Assembly (NCBI GenBank): GCA_944373145.1
Contig: CALWAL010000008.1
Coordinates: forward strand, 6,358 to 70,357
Direction of reading: 5' to 3'
Origin: an uncultured Bacilli bacterium
GTDB lineage: Bacteria; Bacillota_I; Bacilli_A; RF39; UBA660
DNA length: 64,000 bases
The stretch's first letter is position 1. The number at the start of each line of letters is the position of its first letter. Below the pieces are notes generated by a model. The model searched no databases. It saw only the letters and a list, made by a program, of their open reading frames with translations, and had not been told where the DNA came from. A program made the position numbers and the translations under genes. Positions 60,047 through 64,000 of the stretch are shown here, piece by piece.

Positions 60047-60796
60047 TTACACTACATCAAAATCAAACTTTTCAACACAATCTTGTGTATTTTTTAGTTC
60101 ATCCCAATTAAAATTGTACTTATAATTATATTGATCAATAGTAGGTTTTTTTATATCAAATATACTATGATTCATAAAGTTAGAATCATAATTTTCATCA
60201 AGATTTCCATCATCATCACTAAATTTTATCATTACTCTAGGACTATAGTCTAAACTATAATTTCCATATTGAGCATTCATTAATATAACTAATGCACTTA
60301 TTGACAATATTAAGTTTTTTAGATTTGCCTTTGAAAATTCAGAAGTTCTATTATGTTTTACGCTATTATAATCACGATACCAATTTAATCCATCTTGATT
60401 ATCCCAGTCTTCAAAAGGTCTAAATATATCTCTAGGCATATAGACCATTGTACAACTATATTTTGATAAACACATTATTGTATTAAGTTTCTTATAATCA
60501 ATGATATTTAAGTTATCACTATTCTTAGAATATTTATTGTCATTTAATATTGTTTTACAAATATTTTCAAATTCTATAGAAGCTTTCATAAATAATTCGT
60601 AAATTTTTAAAGAATATACATTATAATTATTTACATTAGGTTCAATATATTTAAAAATCTCTTTTAATTCTTCTTCTAATAATTGAACTACCCTTTTTTG
60701 TTCAAATAAATTGTTAGAAAATCTAATGTCTTCTATATAACTTGTTTCCGCACCGGGTAAAACGATTCTTTTATATGGTTTATTTTGTACGATCAC
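60047..60796 (-). CDS. Element cargo protein, possible HEPN-like nuclease
   Basis: YIEP..NN.NVYS.KI.EL...ASIEFE, PFEDW, WYRDYNSVKHNR (R-x6-H). Confidence 0.5.
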   Translation of the reverse strand: MIVQNKPYKRIVLPGAETSYIEDIRFSNNLFEQKRVVQLLEEELKEIFKYIEPNVNNYNVYSLKIYELFMKASIEFENICKTILNDNKYSKNSDNLNIIDYKKLNTIMCLSKYSCTMVYMPRDIFRPFEDWDNQDGLNWYRDYNSVKHNRTSEFSKANLKNLILSISALVILMNAQYGNYSLDYSPRVMIKFSDDDGNLDENYDSNFMNHSIFDIKKPTIDQYNYKYNFNWDELKNTQDCVEKFDFDVV

Positions 60797-60830
60797 TTAT
60801 ATCACCTCTTTACATATTATAACATAATAT

Positions 60831-62480
60831 TTAATTTTTAGGACTATGCAAATTCCTTGGTAAATTTCTATTTTCGTATTTAAATTTAATATTTGAAATA
60901 ACATCATATTTAAACTTTATACATATATTTCTTTGTTCATCAATTACTATTGTATCTATCAGTGTATCTATTAATGATTTCTTGGGTTTCTTTAAATCTA
61001 ATAGTTCTTTAATTCTTTTAGTGTAATTAGGTAATATTGCACTTTTATTTTTAATATTTAATTTTTTTATTTCTTCATTTTTAATACTTTCATTTATCTT
61101 ATTTAACTTTTTTTCTGATTCTAAAGATAATTCTTTATATAATACTCCCGTTATAATACCTTCACACCTATCATTATACAAATTGGATAACCTGTTTAAG
61201 ATTTGTTCTTTCTCTTTATTTAAATCACTAATCTTTTTATCAACACTTTGTGTTTGCTTATAAATTGTTTTTATTACTTCTTTATTTAATTCATCTATAT
61301 TTAATTCTTTAATAAAAGCAGATACTGATTCATCAATTTTTTCTAAAATTTGTCCTTCTAGATAATCATATGGAAAGAAATGTGAACTGCATCTACCTCT
61401 TTTTGGATCTCTAGAATATCTATTACAATTAATAGACCAATACTCTTGTTTTTTTCTATAATAAACTGATAATCTATTCCCACATTCCTTACAAAATAGT
61501 TTACCTTCCAAAATCCTTTTTTCCCTACCTATTTTTATAGGTACATTTCTCGTATATCTTTTTCTAAGTGATTGAACATACTCAAATGTTGTTTTATCAA
61601 CTAAAGGTTCATGTGTATTTTCTACTATCATCCATAAACTTTCATCAAGATTTATTTTTTTCTTAGACTTATAATTAACTTTAGTTTGAGTGTGTTGAAC
61701 CATATCCCCAGTATAAATTCTATTTGTTAAAATTTTCTTTACCGTGGAAATATTCCAAGTATCTCTATCAATTAATCTAGAAGAAAAATTTGTTTTCTTA
61801 TAACCACTTGGAGTTGGAACATTATTATTATTTAATCTAGTTGCTATTTCGGTAGGTCCAACACCATCTGCTCTCCACTTGAATATCTTTTTAACAATTG
61901 GAGCAGTTTCTGGATTAGGGATTAAGTGTCCTTTATCTTCTGGATCTCTCATATATCCATAGCATGGAAGACTTCCTACAAATTTACCACTTTTCCTTTT
62001 TTCATTTAAAACATTTCTAATCTTAATAGAATTTTGTTTACTATAATAATCATTACAAGCAATTATAAATGTCGAAGAATCATTACTAGCTTGATTTTTA
62101 AAACTATCATAAGATTCTAATATAGAAATAAATCTTATATTGTTCTCTGGAAAAAATGTTTCAATATAATAACCAGTCATAACATGATCTCGACCAAGTC
62201 TTGATAAATCTTTTACTATTACACAATTAATTTTTTTATTATTAATATCTTCTAGTAAACTTTTAAATCCTGGTCTTTCAAAATCGGTTCCAGAAAATCC
62301 ATCATCGACATATTCTTTAACTAAATTAAAATTATTATTTTTAACATAATTTCTTAATAATTCTTTTTGATTTATTACACTTTCACTATCAGATTCATAT
62401 TTTTTGTCCTTATCTTCTTGAGATAATCTTATATAGATTCCAACATTGAAATCTAATCCATTTAAGTAAGTATTATTCAT
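60831..62480 (-). CDS. Large serine recombinase (resolvase + recombinase + Zn-ribbon)
   Basis: YIRLSQED..SESVINQ, YVDDGFSGTDFERP, VKDLSRLGRD, PCYGY, CKECG...C...C. Confidence 0.95.
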   Translation of the reverse strand: MNNTYLNGLDFNVGIYIRLSQEDKDKKYESDSESVINQKELLRNYVKNNNFNLVKEYVDDGFSGTDFERPGFKSLLEDINNKKINCVIVKDLSRLGRDHVMTGYYIETFFPENNIRFISILESYDSFKNQASNDSSTFIIACNDYYSKQNSIKIRNVLNEKRKSGKFVGSLPCYGYMRDPEDKGHLIPNPETAPIVKKIFKWRADGVGPTEIATRLNNNNVPTPSGYKKTNFSSRLIDRDTWNISTVKKILTNRIYTGDMVQHTQTKVNYKSKKKINLDESLWMIVENTHEPLVDKTTFEYVQSLRKRYTRNVPIKIGREKRILEGKLFCKECGNRLSVYYRKKQEYWSINCNRYSRDPKRGRCSSHFFPYDYLEGQILEKIDESVSAFIKELNIDELNKEVIKTIYKQTQSVDKKISDLNKEKEQILNRLSNLYNDRCEGIITGVLYKELSLESEKKLNKINESIKNEEIKKLNIKNKSAILPNYTKRIKELLDLKKPKKSLIDTLIDTIVIDEQRNICIKFKYDVISNIKFKYENRNLPRNLHSPKN

Positions 62481-62558
62481 TCATTCCTCCAATCCTCTTA
62501 CTTAATTGGGTATTTAGACAAATGAATGATAACATCATTAATGAATAATTGCAAATCA

Positions 62559-62657
62559 TTAATTATTGTTTACTCCTTCTTCTTTCATTATCTCTTCGAT
62601 TAAGTACTTCAAAATAAGATCTTTAAATGAAATTTTATTCAAATAGGCTCCTTTCAT
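62559..62657 (-). CDS. Small 32-aa ORF upstream of the recombinase
   Basis: AGGTGG RBS, MKGAYLNKISFKDLILKYLIEEIMKEEGVNNN*; absent from ORF track. Confidence 0.45.
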   Translation of the reverse strand: MKGAYLNKISFKDLILKYLIEEIMKEEGVNNN

Positions 62658-62846
62658 ATTTAAACCACCTATTTAAATTTATGTTTAAAATTATTTTTTT
62701 ATCATGCATATATCAACTCCCTTTCTCTTTTTAAATATATAAAATAATTTTATAATAAATATATAATATTAATATTTTTTATATTCTATTTATTATATTA
62801 TTATGGATATAAAGATCCATTGAATGTAAAATATACATCCAATTAA

Positions 62847-63146
62847 TTAGAACATTTCTTCTAAAGTAACGGATGTATATTTATCTTTGTTAATGTAAAT
62901 TTTTCTTTGAAATTTATGTTTATATTCCATAGTTATATAATTATTATCTGATAATTCTTTTAATAGCTTAGTTATTCTTCTAGATCCTACTCCTATTAAA
63001 TTACCTAAGTAACTATTATCAGCATAACAATAACCTTCTTTATATGTAAGTAATAACAATCTAGCATATAACAATTTACCACTATGTCCTATATTCTTAT
63101 CATCAGCTAAAAACATTGGAATTTTTAAATACTTGTCAAAGTTCAT
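62847..63146 (-). CDS. Winged helix-turn-helix protein (phage replication initiator N-terminal-like, HTH_36)
   Basis: KLLYARL...EGYCYADNSYLGNLIGVGSRRITKLLKELSDNNYI. Confidence 0.75.
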   Translation of the reverse strand: MNFDKYLKIPMFLADDKNIGHSGKLLYARLLLLTYKEGYCYADNSYLGNLIGVGSRRITKLLKELSDNNYITMEYKHKFQRKIYINKDKYTSVTLEEMF

Positions 63147-63313
63147 TTATCAGTTTCCTTTCTTAATTCTTTAGTATTAATTTTTAACATTTCTAAATAA
63201 CCCATTTCCATTAATTGAGTCATCATTTTAGAAATAGATATTTGATAGAAATCTGCCATTAATTTAATTCTATCAAATAGTTCTATTGGTAAATATAATT
63301 TAAATATTCTCAT
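63143..63313 (-). CDS. Small ribbon-helix-helix-like DNA-binding protein
   Basis: AGGAGG RBS before ATG 63313; MRIFKLYLPIELFDRIKLMADFYQISISKMMTQLM fits beta-alpha-alpha pattern. Confidence 0.5.
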   Translation of the reverse strand: MRIFKLYLPIELFDRIKLMADFYQISISKMMTQLMEMGYLEMLKINTKELRKETDK

Positions 63314-63590
63314 AACATTCCTCCTATCTTTATTTAAATTAAACAACAAAAAAGACTTACATTTTATAAGCCTAATTACATAAAATAGCAAACAAAATCC
63401 CTCTAAAGGATAAAATCTCCTTTAATATGTTTAAACTATAACATATGTTTTTACCACTTTTCATATTTCATTTTAGTTCTTTGAAATATGTTATAGTTCA
63501 AACTGTATTCATCTTATATTTCTATAAGATAGGTTCTAACATAAGCCTTATATCTTACTGAGCCTCTTATAACTAACGTCCTTTGACTCT

Positions 63591-63848
63591 TTAGTTAAGT
63601 GTTACTGTGTACATTCCGTTTGAGTATTCTTGATATATTAGATAATTTAACTCTTCTAATATCTTAAGACTTTTTCTCAAACCTTTGTTTTTGATGTTAA
63701 CTACTTGCTGTATCTCTCCTACATTTATATCTGTTATTATTCTTCCGAATCCCTTGGTGTAAATGTAAGAGTAGATATATTTAGTCTCTTTTGGAATATT
63801 TTTATTCTTCCAAATCTCTTTTGGTACTTCTAGATACCTCATTCTCAT
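63591..63848 (-). CDS. Small winged-helix protein
   Basis: YLEVPKEIWKNKNIPKETKYIYSYI...LRKSLKILEELNYL; AGGAGG RBS. Confidence 0.6.
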   Translation of the reverse strand: MRMRYLEVPKEIWKNKNIPKETKYIYSYIYTKGFGRIITDINVGEIQQVVNIKNKGLRKSLKILEELNYLIYQEYSNGMYTVTLN

Positions 63849-63898
63849 CTACTCTATCTGCCTCCTTTCTGTTGATGTAAAACTCATCAACCGCAATT

Positions 63899-63974
63899 AC
63901 TATACTATTATATATTGAGTTTGTCAATACTTTTTATGTATTTTGTTGACTTTTACATCATATTGTGATATTAT
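63899..63974. promoter_or_regulatory. Back-to-back divergent sigma-A-type promoters
   Basis: Minus: TTGACA(63927-63922)-17-TATAGT; plus: TTGACT(63946-63951)-17-TATTAT with TG; RBS GAAAGAGGTG at window end. Confidence 0.7.
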
Positions 63975-64000
63975 TAACTTGTATTTGAAAGAGGTGTATT

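Larger units (their letters stand above)
60006..64000. mobile_element. Large-serine-recombinase integrative element (one end; continues beyond window)
   Basis: Junction inside the amidase gene at ~60006-60008, followed by a cargo gene, a serine recombinase and small HTH genes. Confidence 0.75.

Noticed and set aside
60831..62480. Serine recombinase as the integrase of the T4SS locus
   Set aside because: It is 15 kb away, separated by scpAB, tRNA, uppP and rlmD, and its junction lies in the amidase gene with the element extending the other way

Overview
AT-rich, genetic-code-11 chromosomal window from a Bacilli-like genome. Gene content and AGGTGA-type RBSs suggest an uncultured gut lineage such as RF39; this is inference only. 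1-15.4 kb is housekeeping and sporulation-type genes (gap, uridine kinase, clpP, greA, two U32 proteins, gerQ, lemA, divIC-yabQ-yabP-spoVG, smpB, rnr, an acyltransferase-CapA-SGNH fusion, rmuC). 15.5-45.6 kb is a ~30 kb, entirely minus-strand locus. It joins a Gram-positive/CPR-like type IV secretion core (VirD4, VirB4, TraC-like, PrgI, VirB6, two cell-wall hydrolases each followed by a paralogous lipoprotein) to a Tad/Flp pilus module (CpaB, CpaF/TadA, TadB, TadC, atypical pilins, CpaE-like). Between them lies an array of cysteine-bracketed VirB2/TrbC-like pilin paralogues, with a sixth copy at 5.3 kb. No relaxase, integrase or att sites are visible around this locus. 45.7-59 kb carries scpAB, tRNA-Leu(CAA), a DUF488-like gene, an Ig-repeat surface protein, uppP, an RlmD-type methyltransferase, a frameshifted MATE gene and a cyclophilin. 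From ~60.0 kb to the window end, a large-serine-recombinase element is inserted inside the catalytic domain of an amidase-LysM gene, resembling skin-type elements. All protein family assignments are by motif recognition only; no searches were run.
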